From: Chiloscyllium plagiosum
Taxonomy: Eukaryota
Direction: 5' to 3'
NCBI RefSeq assembly: GCF_004010195.1
Contig: NC_057718.1
Span: forward strand, 80,789,187 to 80,811,901
DNA: 22,715 nucleotides
Shown here: positions 1 to 12,262 of the stretch, in pieces
Layout: each line of letters begins with the position of its first letter
How positions within the stretch are numbered: position 1 is the stretch's first letter
Translations under genes and position numbers: made by a program
The notes under the pieces: generated by a model
Seen by the model: only the letters and a program-made list of their open reading frames with translations
What the model was told of the DNA's origin: nothing
Databases searched by the model: none

Positions 1-14
1 TTTAATTGGAAGCA

Positions 15-49
15 CACTGGCTTTCGGGGGGTCGCTCCTTCATCAGGTG
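15..49 (-). ncRNA. Degenerate minimal type I hammerhead ribozyme motif (likely inactive)
   Basis: Minus strand reads CAC-CUGAUGA-A-GGAGCGACCCCCC-GAAA-GCCA-GUG. Core boxes and a CAC/GUG stem I are present, but stem II is mismatched and the U of the cleavage triplet is replaced by C. Confidence 0.6.
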
Positions 50-415
50 GTAGTGGAGGGCTCAATCCTAACACAGAATTTATAGCAAAAATTTACATTG
101 TGATGTAACTGAAAATATACATTGAAAAATTGATTGTCTGTTGAGTCTGTTTGAATACCATGATAGTTTCACTTCTTTCATATGTAAATCACAAAACCCT
201 TTTTTTGAAAGTTGCATTCTCAGGTTAGCTGTTAACAATGGGTGATGGCTAGACAATATGTTGAAGCTGTTAGCCCCTTGTGTTCTCTGTCTATGCCATG
301 ATGTTTGGATTGATTCTAATCTAAAAAGTGAGATAACGGAGTTTTACATGAATTCATGCAGTTTTTGAGCAAAGTACAATGTAACTCTGCAAGTACAAAT
401 TCACCCCACAAAATA

Positions 416-675
416 TATGTGTGCATGTGGGTCTTTGTCTGTCTGTGTGTGTGTCTGTCTGGGTTGGGGGTTGTGAGTGTGAAAACGTGTATGTGTGTGT
501 GTAGTGAGTGTCGAGTGTCTTAAGTCTGTGAGGGGGTGCATGTGTGAGTGTGGGAGTGTGTGTATGTAAGGGTGTGTGTGGGTATCTGTGTGCGCGTCTG
601 TGTATATGTGCGCACGTGTGTATGTGTGTATAGGAGTGTGTGTGTGTGTGTGTAGGAGTGTCTCTGTGTGTGTAT
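416..675. repeat. Degenerate (TG)n/(CA)n microsatellite within the PLE 3' region
   Basis: Interrupted TG dinucleotide runs. Explains the His/Thr-rich ORFs at 354-692 and 401-682. Confidence 0.9.
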
Positions 676-894
676 AGTGCAATGCTAGTCACCTGTAATG
701 TGACATGAACCTAAGGTCCAGGTTGAGGCCCTCCCTATGGATACCGAACTTAGCTATCAGCCTCTTTTCGTTGCTGCCTTTCCCGAAGTCCGCCTTAGAG
801 GATGGTCATTTGAAGGTCCCAGGTCGAATGTCCTGGACCACTGAAGTGTTCCCCAACTGTGAGGGATTTGGAGAGGATACAATGTGGTAGTCTT

Positions 895-1655
895 ATCATG
901 CATTTGTTGAATAATCAGATTTGGAGGTAACAAAAGCTTGGATGAGGACTTAGCATCAGAAAAGCTGAGGCAGTGACTTACAATGTTACAGAGGTCAAAA
1001 TATGGCAGGAATATGTGCTTGAAAGCTCATCTCAGGGTCAGAAAATGATACTGATGATGTGAACAAGCTAGTTCAGCACCAAGACAGCTGCTAAGGATTG
1101 GAATGAAATTGATGGCAAGGGTATAGAGTTTCTGTTAGAGATGAAAGTCAATGGTTTCAATTTCCCAAATATTTAATTGGAGGAAATTTATACACTGGAT
1201 GCCTGTAAGTTTGTCAGTTTGGAGACACTGAAGCAGCTGAGACAGGTTAGAGTTACATTTTATAGGTATTCATGTAGAAATTGACATTCTGCTTTCAGGT
1301 GATGTTGCCAAGGGGCAGCATGTAGCTGAGAAATTGAAGTAGATCCTTGAGGGACATCAGAGGTAACTACAGGACTGAGATCCAAAGTCATTGATGCCAA
1401 TTCTTTGGTTATGCTAAGAATAACATTGAATGTCATCCTACTCTATTGATAACAGTGGAGCGGCGTTGGAGGAGAATGCTGTGATCAGCAATATCAAAGG
1501 CTGTACATAGTTTGGGTATGACAGAGGGGGCAATTTGCTTTTGTCATTGTCACATAGAATGACAATTTAACCTTTGGTAAGAGTTGTTACAACATGTTGC
1601 AGGAGTGGAAATCTCACTGAAAGGATTTAAACCTAGAGCTCCAGGAAAGATAGTC
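895..1655 (-). mobile_element. Old L2-clade LINE reverse transcriptase fragment
   Basis: Decayed minus-strand motifs in the expected order: AFDIADHSILLQR, VTSDVPQGS, YMLPLGNI, NFLQLNI, YFDLCNIV, LIQAFVTSKSDYS (L2-type YFHLRNI...LIHAFVTSRLDY). Many stops and frameshifts. Confidence 0.8.
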
Positions 1656-2649
1656 ATTGGTAGGTAGTCATGCATTCAGTCAGAAATTGGATCATCAACC
1701 AATTTTTCTTTTCCCTCGCCCAGAGTATTAAATCCAGCCATAGGAGCTCAAGTGCAGTTAAGAGCCCAGCAAATTCCTGGAAATCAGGTTTTAAGACAGT
1801 TTGAAACGAGAGACAGGCTTTAGCTGAGCCTGAACCTGCTTAATGTCTGTTGCAATGCTAAAAACGTGTCTGTAAAAAGAGTTCAGAGCTATATAATTAA
1901 AGCTGTACAAAAACCAAATGCTTCAGTCATGTGACAGGTCTCTTGGATGAAGCAATTCAACCTGTTTCTCATCAAAGCTTTTGTGTATTATACAAGATAA
2001 CTGTGGGGCTATTAGCACCACATTTAGCATAATGAAGTTCAATGGAAGTTTTAAAACAAACTTGGCTAGGAGACTCACTGTCTGTCACTCCTCTGTGTGG
2101 TTTTCCCTGCAATATTTACACAATGGATGTGTGAAAGTTCCGAGGAGATAATGAGTTATTTTTTATTATGCAAATTGTTAGAAATTTCTCAATGCAGCCA
2201 GCATTCTCATTCAGATTTCTAGCATTTGCAGTTCTTTGCTTTTTGTTCTCATTCTCTGTTGAATAACAGCCATTTTAAAATCAAACATGGTTCCATTTTA
2301 ATTTATTTTTAAAAAGTGTTAAAAATAAAACTGAGGATCACTCAATTCCTGATGGAAATGACACAGAGCAAACTTGAGATCTTCTTGGTAGCTACAAGTG
2401 GAACAATATGAAGATGTTGAGTTCCAAATTTCTTAGTAAGCCAAAAGATGTGTATATGTAACAGAATGTTGTGATAAAATAATTTAGCCATTATGCAGGA
2501 TTAGCTTACAGTATTAAAGTATGTCATTCAAATCAACTGAATGTTCTCTCTTTGACTTTCACTTTTGCACAATTTTCTGTACACTTCATGTTGTAACGCC
2601 ATTCATTAGTAAATGAATTATGTCTAAACAGCTGTCAGCTGTTCGAGTT

Positions 2650-2900
2650 TGCTTGAGTTAGGGTTCAAGCTCCCCTTTGGATTTAGGTTGACACTGTAGT
2701 ACAACATTGAGGAAGTGTCATACTTTCAGATGAGATGTTGCATCAAGGTTCCATTTGCCCTCTTGGGTATGAGTACAAGTTTTCATGGCATTATTTGAGA
2801 AACAGCTGGGGAGTTCTCTATGGTGTCTTGGCTCACATTATCTACCAACCTCAACAAATTAAAACTTCCTTCATCACAGCTCTGCCTTTGCAAATTATCC
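2650..2900 (+). mobile_element. Old Deu-domain SINE (SacSINE1/AmnSINE1-like) fragment
   Basis: 2717-2850 (ctttcagatgagatgtt...atttgccctct...catggcattatttgagaaacagctggggagttctctatggtgtcttggc) follows the Deu-domain consensus as I recall it. A remnant B-box-like gggttcaagctcc lies at about 2661-2673. Confidence 0.7.
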
Positions 2901-3282
2901 CATTATAGGTGAGCAATCTCTAACCCAAACCAAATTCCAACATTTATATATTGTAATTAATTAAGATAATAAACAGAGGAATTATCAGGTCTCTTACAGA
3001 TAAAGAGGAAAAAGTCTAAGACACTAGAGCGGGTTTCCCAGACTGCAGGTCACGGTCCCCAGTGGCATTGCCGTAATCAATTTTGGGATCACAATGTCTG
3101 ATACTGTAATGATGGCTATGGAGCATGGGCCATATTGATTAAGCTACAACTCCCTGATGTACCTGCACTTTGTGAAAATATTCTGATTGATTCTCTTGAG
3201 ATTTGCTGGACTTTGTTTTAGGGATAATCACCAGCAACCCCATTGGGAGAAATGTGGTGAGCAGGAGAGAGGTGATGATATA

Positions 3283-3492
3283 GGAGAAAGTGAGGACTGC
3301 AGATGCTGGAGATCAGAGCTGAAAATGTGTTGCTGGAAAAGCGCAGCAGGCCAGGCAGCATCCAAGGAGCAGGAGAATCGACATTTCGGGCATGAGCCCT
3401 TCATTCCTGAAGGGCTCATGCCCGAAACGTCGATTCTCCTGCTCCTTGGATGCTGCCTGGCCTGCTGCACTTTTCTAGCAACACATTTTCAG
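3283..3492. mobile_element. Fold-back (inverted) Penelope-like pLTR element with target-site duplication
   Basis: 85-bp arms at 3319-3403 and 3408-3492 (3 mismatches, 4-nt loop TTCC). Same family as 9066-9145 and 22312-22440. Flanking direct repeat AGAGGTGATGAT(A/G)T at 3268-3281 and 3491-3504. Confidence 0.85.
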
Positions 3493-4307
3493 AGGTGATG
3501 ATGTGCCCATTACATCACAACCTATTGTACATCACAACCTGAATTTTCACTATATATTCTCTGGAAGTACATAAACCTCTCAGTCACTCTCCCATGACGC
3601 TGCTCTCACAGCCTCTTCAGAGACCCCCTCATTCTTCATAACTCAGAGCTGTGTTAATGCATGAGCACCAAAGTAGTTTTATGGTGGGAAAAGGTTTAGA
3701 AAACTGTGTACTGGAAAATCTGAGATTGCTGTCTTTACAGAAAAAAGGGTGAAGTGAATATTTCGTAAATATATTCAAAACTTTGAAAGATTTTAATAAA
3801 TCACGCAGAATGGATACAGCACAGAAAGAGACATTCTGCCCGTCATGTTCATGCTTGCTGACTACAGGAGTAGGTGGGAACAAATTGTTCCATCAATAGA
3901 AGGTTGATTATTGTAGGACACAGTTTAATAAATATTACCCATGATTCTCTAAAAATGCTTGCTGCGCCAAAATCATTTTCATATATGATTCAGAGATGAG
4001 TGTGCTAACCCATTCAGCAACAGAAGATGAAATGTTCTTTTACATATGTTGAATCTCATCCTTCTGCAGAAATATTTTTTCCCCTGAATAATTTGTTCTT
4101 CCTATTTTATAAAATAGGGATTTCTCAATTTTGATTGAATTATTCCTTTGTAAAATATGTCCTCTAGATCTGAACTGATAAATATATAGTTACATAGTTG
4201 AAGGCAACCTCAGAATATTAGGGAGCTTTATTATATGTTCATCACAATTGCTTGCTACTTTGGTTACCACAAATAAAATCACATCATCAGTAATCATAAT
4301 TGGAAAC

Positions 4308-4641
4308 ATAGTTAGAATCCCGACAGTGTAGAAGTAGGCCATTCAGCCTACCAAGTCCACATCGACCTTCTGAGAACCACCCAGAACCACCCTGTAGCCC
4401 TGCATTTTCCATGGCTAATCCACCTAGCCTGCACATTCTTGGACACTATGAGCAACTTAGCATGGCCAATCCATCTAACCTCCACATTTTTGGACTGTGG
4501 AAAGAAATTGGAACACCTGAAGAAAAGCCACATGGAGAGATAATGCAAACTCCACACAGAATCACCCGAGGCCAGAATCAAACTTTTAGGTCCCTGTCAC
4601 TGTGACATTGCAGTGCTAATGACCGAGCCATCATACCGCCC
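4308..4641 (-). mobile_element. HE1-type tRNA-derived V-SINE, near full length
   Basis: Minus strand begins GGGCGGTATGATGGCTCGGTCATTAGCACTGC (tRNA-like head with A box). It continues with the V-domain-like TCTGTGTGGAGTTTGCA, the duplicated GTG(C/G)AGG(C/T)TAG(G/A)TGGATT(A/G)GCCATG block, and a CR1-like tail. Confidence 0.88.
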
Positions 4642-5152
4642 TCATTGTCCTGCAGTATTATTTATAGATAGTAAATTTTGATGATAAACTAAACAATATT
4701 TCTCTCAAAGTTTGAGACAAATTACTCAAGCCCAAAGTCACTTAAGCTTTCAATTTTTTCTAACAACATTCAGCTCCCTGTGACATTTCAATTGGCAGAA
4801 TGACCATATTATTTTAGAATATTTACCAAAAGGGCAATTACACTAAGAGAAATAATATATAAATAATAATAATGATAATTTAGAGTTATGCTCATGTGCA
4901 GTATTGAGTGAATTACTCCATTACTAATAATACTAATATTACTTGTAATATTAGCATTGATCAGTAACTTAATACACAGTACTTTGTACTGGTGAAACTA
5001 CATGAAAACAAACTTAGGAAAATAGAGATAGAAGGAGCTGAAATATCACAATCCTGTGGAATGGCAAGAAATATCACCAGGATTTGAAAATGCCAGATCC
5101 TAGATTGTGAGAAAAGGTTTTCAGAATACTCTTGCTAAAATGGAGTTCTTAC

Positions 5153-5161
5153 CTTACAAAG
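5153..5161 (-). other. Candidate 9-nt microexon (CTTTGTAAG) of an unidentified host gene
   Basis: Minus strand reads tcatttcacctctagccttgcttttcctttcattgacag|CTTTGTAAG|gtaaga: branch-like TTCAC, polypyrimidine tract, CAG acceptor and strong AAG|GTAAGA donor. Length is a multiple of 3 and it lies in non-repeat sequence. No transcript evidence. Confidence 0.4.
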
Positions 5162-5579
5162 CTGTCAATGAAAGGAAAAGCAAGGCTAGAGGTGAAATGA
5201 CCTCAAACAAAAAAGATTACTCGATAACTCTTGGTAAATTAAATGCAAGCTAACAAAACTGGAATGAGCATGTCCAGTGTTAGCTTTCTCACTACATGTT
5301 CTAGTGGCCTCAAACTTGACTCGTGTATGGCCTGAAGTCTGAAAAATTGTCTAATTTAGTTGTGGGTTGGACATCATTCAAATAATTTTTGAAATGCAGA
5401 ATGCTGGTCCCTGAAATTGGCTCTAGTTGCTACCATACAGTTATAAAATGGGAGCAATAGAATCCACTTTACCCCAACTGTTCACGTATGAAAACAAAAA
5501 CTTATTTAGTTCTCTCCATTAAAGAACTTTGAAGAAACATTGAGATGCCATGTCAACCAATGCCAACATTTTTTCCATA

Positions 5580-5632
5580 AATTAGTTTGACACATCTGCT
5601 TGATAATTAGTTTGATACATCTGCCTGTTAAT
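5580..5632. repeat. Short tandem duplication, 25-bp period, 2 copies
   Basis: attagtttga(c/t)acatctgc starts at 5581 and again at 5606. Confidence 0.8.
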
Positions 5633-6809
5633 ATCTTCCCCACATACATCTTTTAATCTATAATGGTATATCATTAAAACTTGTATCCAAACTAAAAGCT
5701 TTCTCCCAAGCTCAAGTCAATTCCGGAGCCTTTTTGCAAATCCTTTTACAGTACACTCATCCTCCTGCTCCATCATTCTGCACCTTGGATTATTACATAC
5801 AATTGCCCACAGAAGCACAAAAACTGGCTGCTTAGCCTAACAGATCCATACAATGTCTGTGCTCCTTATGAACCTCCTCTTACCTTATTATCTTACCCTT
5901 TGTGCAGAATTTTCACTCAGCTGAGTAGCATACACAATGGACATTGAGAAAATACTCAAATTGAAAAATTACAATCAATGTTAAGAAAAAATTTCTAATT
6001 ATCCCCTTGAAGTTTTAATGGTAAAGTCATAATGAGTGGTGGCTACTTTATTTGCATCTCACTATCAGCTAAATTCACTTCAATTTCTGTGCAGTTTTAA
6101 TCCTCTTTTTTTTCCCTGAGAAATTAGATAGCTCCAATTCCCAACAAGAAAGTCAGACTGGTTACCTGCTCCCTGCTTGCCACTTGCTTCTTCAACCCTT
6201 CAGCCAATCCTGCTTTCATAACTAAATATCCCTGTGTGCTCCATGGGCACTGCCTTCTTCCACCTATCATCCACATGAGAGGGCCTCACGACATCATCTT
6301 TGCTGCTTTCAGATCAACTTATACAATACTTCAGCCTTCAAAACTTCACTTTGGAGCTCAGCGTTACTTATGACTTGGATGCTTCTACCAGGTTGCTTTG
6401 CATGCGGGGACAGACTCATATCTCATGCATCAACAAAGAATGCATCTTATGTCTATTAGCTTTGTTTCATAGTGCTCACTCACGTTGTGCTTAATTTGAA
6501 GGCTGCTCATTTTGAGGGAAGCATTGCTTTTTAGTACAGAAGGCAAGTCAAGCAGTTTGGAGCACTGAACGAACAAGGATTTGGACATGTTGCTGTACAG
6601 AACCATGCAAACCAAAATCACATATATGGCATCTGTCAGTAACATTTGGAGCAAAAACACTTCACCCAAAACTAAATGTCTGAAAGTCAAAGGTGGATAG
6701 TCCTTAATCAAGCTTCACTACAATCTGAAGCTGCACTGCCACAAAGGTTAAAGGGACTCATCTGATTTCACACCAGGAGATTAGCCACACTCAGTCCTGC
6801 AGGTCATGT

Positions 6810-7100
6810 AGAACACATAGAAGCATAGAAAATAGGAGCAGGAGTAGCCATTCAACCCTTTAAGTCTGCTGTGCCATTTAAAATGATGATGGTTGATCAC
6901 CCAGCTTAGTACGCTGATCCTACTTTAACACCATATCCTTTGAGTCTTTTAGCACTAAGAACTGTATCTAATGCTTTCTTAAAAACGTTCACTATTTCAG
7001 CCTTGTCTGTTTTTAAGAATTCCACAGGCTAACCTCTCTACTCATCCCAGTCCTAAATCATCTATTGCCATATCCTGAGACTGTGACCATGTCTGTAATC
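6810..7100 (-). mobile_element. Old CR1-clade LINE 3' end
   Basis: Plus strand shows the reversed tail catagaagcatagaaaataggagcaggagtagccattc and gaattccacag (minus strand LWNS motif at the end of CR1 ORF2). Confidence 0.75.
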
Positions 7101-8452
7101 CTGTGATTATGCAGTCAGCCTGGGGGGTCTATAGATATGTTAGACAGGTTGCTGTGGTGACGTCAGTCAAGGGGATGGACCGATTTTTCCTACAATGAGA
7201 AAAAGGGAAGTATTGAATATGATGAAAGTGAATGGAAGAGCAGTTATTGTTGGTGCATGAACAGAAGAGGTGATGAGTGAGTAGAAAGAGTTGATTAGTT
7301 TGGGAGAATGGGATGGATGGTAATTGTGAGTGGACATGATGCATGGAATAATGTGAATTGTACTTCATGAGCCTTGGTAAGATGAGTGTTCATTGACAGA
7401 ATAAGTGGCCCTTGATTCTTACCCATGCAGAATTAAAATGTCATTAACTTTATCCTTGCATTTCTATGCTTAAAGTTTCACCCAGAGATTGCACAGATTC
7501 CGGCCAAAACCTCAATATAAATTGTGTCTAGTGCCTCCTTTGCCTATCTTCTTTTCCACCACCCATCCACAAACACCTCCAGATCCCTGTGGGTAAACTG
7601 AAGAGCTAATAAGCTTTTCTAACCAGTTCCAATGGGATAATGATGCTGGACCTGGACTGAAGTTCTTGGATTGCAGTTTCTGAAGTGATATGCTGCTGTG
7701 GTTAAAATATGGCACCAGAGAATGTCACAAAGTCCCAGCAGCACAGAGCATGTCACCTTATCTGCTGCACAAATCCATAAGACAGACACTGAAAAGACCA
7801 GTTGCATAATTAATGAAATTAAAAGCAGAAAATTGCATGAGAAAAGTTGACTTAGGCTATGGCAGACCGTGCATTGTGAGTCTCACTTGAAAACCCACTT
7901 GAAGAAAATGAGAAAATTCAACTTCATTTATTCCCTTTTATCTAGCTTCTCCTTAAATACATCCATGCTATTTGCATCAAGCAAGTTCCATATTCTATAA
8001 CTGTTTGAACTTAGAAGTTGACTAAGTAGCCTTTTCCTATTTATTTTATTCTTTTAACCACACAGGATAGAGGTTTTTTAATACTAAAGTAAATCAGTGG
8101 TGGTGGCAATCACTCACTGACGCGTATGATTGTTCACCTAGGAAATTCCATGTCACTGTTCATGGTTCTGTGATTCCTTGTGTAGCTGGTGAGCCTGATC
8201 CCAGAGCCACATTTTCAACCATACATTTGGCAGGTGATTTCAGAAATTGAAAGTGATATTTGGCCTTGAGATCATTGGCATTCCTTTCTCTGGTTCCTGT
8301 TCTGTAAGTCTTCTTGTCAATGGGAGTTCCTAAAGAATTGTATCCCTTCATACAGAACTTTCCTACAAATCAATTTCTTATGAACAAGACTCCCCCACAC
8401 ATTGATATCTATGTTGCATTTCTTGAGGGAAACCTTCAGAGAATCTTTGATA

Positions 8453-8977
8453 TGATTCATTGAGTCATATAGCACTGAAACAGAACCTTCGATCAAACCA
8501 GTCCATGTCGAATATAATCCCAAACTAGTCTCACCTGCCTGCTCCTGGCCCATATCCCTCCAAAACTTTCCTATTCATGTACTTACTTCAGTGTCTTAAA
8601 TGTTGTAACTGTGCCCACATCCACCACTTTCTCAGGAAGTTCATTCCAAAGTGAACTACCCTCTGTGTAAAAAAATTACTCTTCATATCTTTTTTGAATC
8701 TCTCTCCTCTCTCTTTAAAAATATACTCCCTAGTCTTGAAATGCCCCCATCCTCAAGAAAAGGCAGCAATCATTAACTCTATGTAAACCCCTCATGATTT
8801 ATAAACTCCTCTATAAGTTCACTTCTCAACTTCCTAAACTCACGTGAAAAAAGTCCCAGCCTATCCAGCCTTTCTTTATAACTCAAACACACTCAGTAAC
8901 ATCCTGGTAAATTTCTTTTGAATCCTCACTAGCTTAATAATATACTTCCTATAACAAGGTGATGAGAATTGGACATA
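8453..8977 (-). mobile_element. 5'-truncated CR1/HER1-type LINE nested in the RTE
   Basis: Minus translation YVQFSSPCYRKYIIKLVRIQKKFTRML plus a CR1-type 3' UTR and tail. It splits the RTE motif GGGQR / KDSLKVSL. Confidence 0.85.
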
Positions 8978-9065
8978 TCCTTTGTCCTCCTCCCATTTGA
9001 GCGCATTCCTTGAGCTGGGCAAAGAAGATATCCTTTGGCAATTGGAACTTAGGCATCCTAAGATG

Positions 9066-9145
9066 TGAAAATGTGTTGCTGGAAAAGCACAGCAGGTCAG
9101 GCAGCATCCAAGGAGCAGGAGAATTGACATTTCGGGCATAAGCCC
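9066..9145 (-). mobile_element. PLE pLTR fragment nested in the RTE
   Basis: Near-identical to 3320-3400 and 22349-22428. It carries stem II (GGGCTTATGCCC) and GAAA but is truncated before CUGANGA. It splits the RTE QL.W.GH / LRMP motif. Confidence 0.85.
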
Positions 9146-10926
9146 TGGCTAGCCTAGCAGAGTTGGCTTTGGATGATCATGGCCTTGATGCTGGTGCTTT
9201 TAGCTATTTCAAAGGCATTGATGTTAGTATGCCTGTCCTCCCAGCTGAAACAGAGAATCCATCTCAAGCAGTATTGATATTACTTCTCAAGCTTCCTATA
9301 GCGGCATCTGTATGTAGCTCAAGTTCCAGAGCCATATAGAAGAGTCAGAAGGATAACTGCCTTTTATACAAGGTTCATGGTATCAGCACAGATAGCAGTC
9401 ATTGAAGAATCTCATCCTTTGACATTTGAATGCAACACTTGCAGATTGGATGCAATGTTGAATCTATGAATTGATGTCAGCGTTAGAGGAGAGATAGTTT
9501 CCCAGGTATGAGAAACATTTCTCATTTGGGAGGGTTGGACTGGACCTTGACCTGGGATGAGTTGGTAAAAAATTGAGTCATCTTGAGGTTGAGGCTGAGA
9601 CCAGTTCTTCAATATGTTCCTGCAAAGTCATTGAGCGAGGCTTGCAAATTCTCTTCTGAGAGAGCAGAGATGACATTGTCATCCACATACTGAAGTTCCA
9701 CAAGCAAGGTTGATGTTTTTTCTATTTGGATTTCAATCAATTGAAGTTGAAAAGTTTTCTGCCCATCCTGTAGACAATGTCTATACCATTGGGAAGCTCG
9801 TTCTTGACAAAATGAAAAATGGTGGCAAATAAGATGGAGAAAAGGGTGGAGGTGATGACACACCCTGCTTGACCCCTATCATGACCTCAAAGGATTCTGT
9901 TACATTACCATGAGTAAGAACTGTCACCAACATCTTGTTGTGGAGGAAATGAAGAATATTCATGAATTTCTCTGGATAACCAGCCTTTGATTGGGTCATC
10001 CATAGCACTTCTCTATTGACTGAGTCAAAAGCCTTGGTCACATCATTGAAGGCCAGGTCGAGAGGTTGATGTTGTTCCTAACATTTCTCTTTGAGTTCGA
10101 AACAGTGAAAATCATATCCATTGTTTGGAAGCCACAAAGGTTTTCAGGCAAGATTTCCTCCGAGAATGGGAGAGGATGTTTAGCGAGGATTTGAGCAATG
10201 AAGGGTAGGGAGATCCCATAGTAACTTGCACAGTCTATTTTGTCTTCTTTCTTGAAGACAGTGGTGATGGTAGCATCCCTGAAATTGCCAGGGATTTCTT
10301 CTGTCTCCCAAATTTTCAGGAGCAATAATAGATAGAGATAATGGGTACTTACTGCTCCCAAAAGTTTGAAAATCTACACTGGAGTCCCATCTACTCTGGT
10401 GTCCTTTCCATTCTTCATGTGATTAATGGGGACTTCAACTTCTCCCACACTAGGTGAGATTCCAAGATCATCTTTGATGGGGATATCAGGGATTTCCTCA
10501 AACATGGCCTTGTTGACAATTGTATCACAGATTACGAATTCTTTGAAGTGTTCTGTCCATTGGAGGCTGATAGTTTCTCTGCTTCTCAAAAGGGTTCCAT
10601 CCTTACTCTGCACCAGTTTGAGGCTAAGGGTGTTGGATCCATATATTGCCTTGGTGGCACTGAAGAAAGCACGGGTGTCATGCCTACCAGAAGGAGTTCC
10701 AGCTCCTTAACCTTCTTAGTACACCATTGGTTTTCTTTATTCTTCTTTGTATCTCCTCCTTTGCTGTTTGATGAGTTCTCTTCGCCTCATTGGTGGCGTT
10801 GTTTTGCCAAGCATGAAGAGCTTTCCTCTTCTTGTCAATGAGATCTTGGATGATATGGTTATTGAATCAGTCTTGGTGTTTCCTAGTCTTGTAGCAAGAA
10901 GTTTCTTCATAGACTGAGATGATGGC

Positions 10927-11291
<365 letters not shown>

Positions 11292-11294
<3 letters not shown>

Positions 11295-11321
11295 ACCCAC
11301 TCCTACCCTATCCTTGTAATC
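11292..11321. repeat. Perfect 30-bp direct duplicate of 12174-12203 (part of the neighbouring HE1-type SINE)
   Basis: cagacccactcctaccctatccttgtaatc is identical at both positions. Confidence 0.92.
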
Positions 11322-12094
11322 TGGAGGTGGCTTTAGCAGATTTCCTCCACTCCAATAAAATAAACTCTTTGGAGATTTTGATGAAGACATTGTTGGAAGT
11401 TCACTAGTCAGCTTAGCTGTTGAAGCCACTCAACATTGAGGGTTTCTCTGAACTATTTCATCTGCAGTTGCGACGAGAACAGAGGAGCCGATGGTCAGTC
11501 AAGCATTCATCTGTACTGATCATTGCTTTGACAACGAGGATTTTTTTTTGGTCTCAGGATTGTATGATGACATAGTCAATCATGTGCCAGTGCTTTGATT
11601 GTGGATGTCTGCAAGAAGTCTTGAACTTGTCCTGTAGGCGAAACAATATGTTGAGGATGACCACTTGATGTTATGCACGTTTGGTCAGCAGGAGAATCCC
11701 ATTGGAGTTGTAGTCCTTGACTATATCCTTTCTGATGGCTCATTTCCAGAGATGAGCAACCTTTTAAACCCTCATCACTTTCTTACCTCAGCTACCCTTC
11801 ACCTGCACTTTGAGTCTCCTGCAGGGCAGCAATATCAGTTTGAACTGCCTGAGTTCACAGTTCTTCATTCTGGGCAATAGTTTTACTCATTATCCATGAG
11901 TGTTTATACATTCCAACTTCCAAGATAAAGTTTGACTTTAGCATGTGTGTGCCTGTGTCTAAACGCTGTTGCAGATGAGCAGACACACAGCCTAGATCAA
12001 GTTCCAGTGCCAAGAAAACCTCAATGACTGGGGTTTCCCTACTGCTGCAGCATCTGTATCACAGCTATTGGTATCACCCAAATATCTCAATGCT

Positions 12095-12262
12095 GATTCA
12101 TACAATCCTTACAGTGTGGAAGCATGCATTTGGCCCATTGAGTCCACACTGACCTGTCGAAGAGCATGCCACCCAGACCCACTCCTACCCTATCCTTGTA
12201 ATCCTGCATTTCCCATGGCTCATCCACCTACCCTGCACATCATTGGATTGTGGGAGGAAACC
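12095..12262 (-). mobile_element. 5'-truncated HE1-type SINE inserted in the RTE 5' region
   Basis: Homologous to 4308-4510 (acagtgtggaagca...agtccacactgacc...catggctcatccacctaccctgcacatc...tgtgggaggaaacc). Confidence 0.85.

Larger units (their letters stand above)
1..859 (-). mobile_element. Penelope-like retroelement 3' fragment (GIY-YIG endonuclease C-terminus, TG-rich 3' region, pLTR with hammerhead remnant)
   Basis: Minus-strand translation of 859-689 gives VGEHFSGPGHSTWDLQMTIL*GGLRERQQRK, then a frameshift, then RLIAKFGIHREGLNLDLRFMSHYR*. This matches the HF...E..LI..F.T....GLN end of PLE GIY-YIG domains. A hammerhead-like core lies at 46-22. Confidence 0.85.

Noticed and set aside
354..692. 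His/Thr-rich ORFs of 112 and 93 aa
   Set aside because: These are translations of the CA microsatellite in the PLE 3' region.
3511..3540. 13-bp direct repeat tacatcacaacct next to the fold-back element
   Set aside because: Simple local slippage duplication outside the TSD with no further structure.
7885..7920. Possible second minus-strand microexon (ttcttcaag|TGGGTTTTCAA|gtgaga)
   Set aside because: 11 nt is not frame-preserving, and both the AAG acceptor and the donor are weak.
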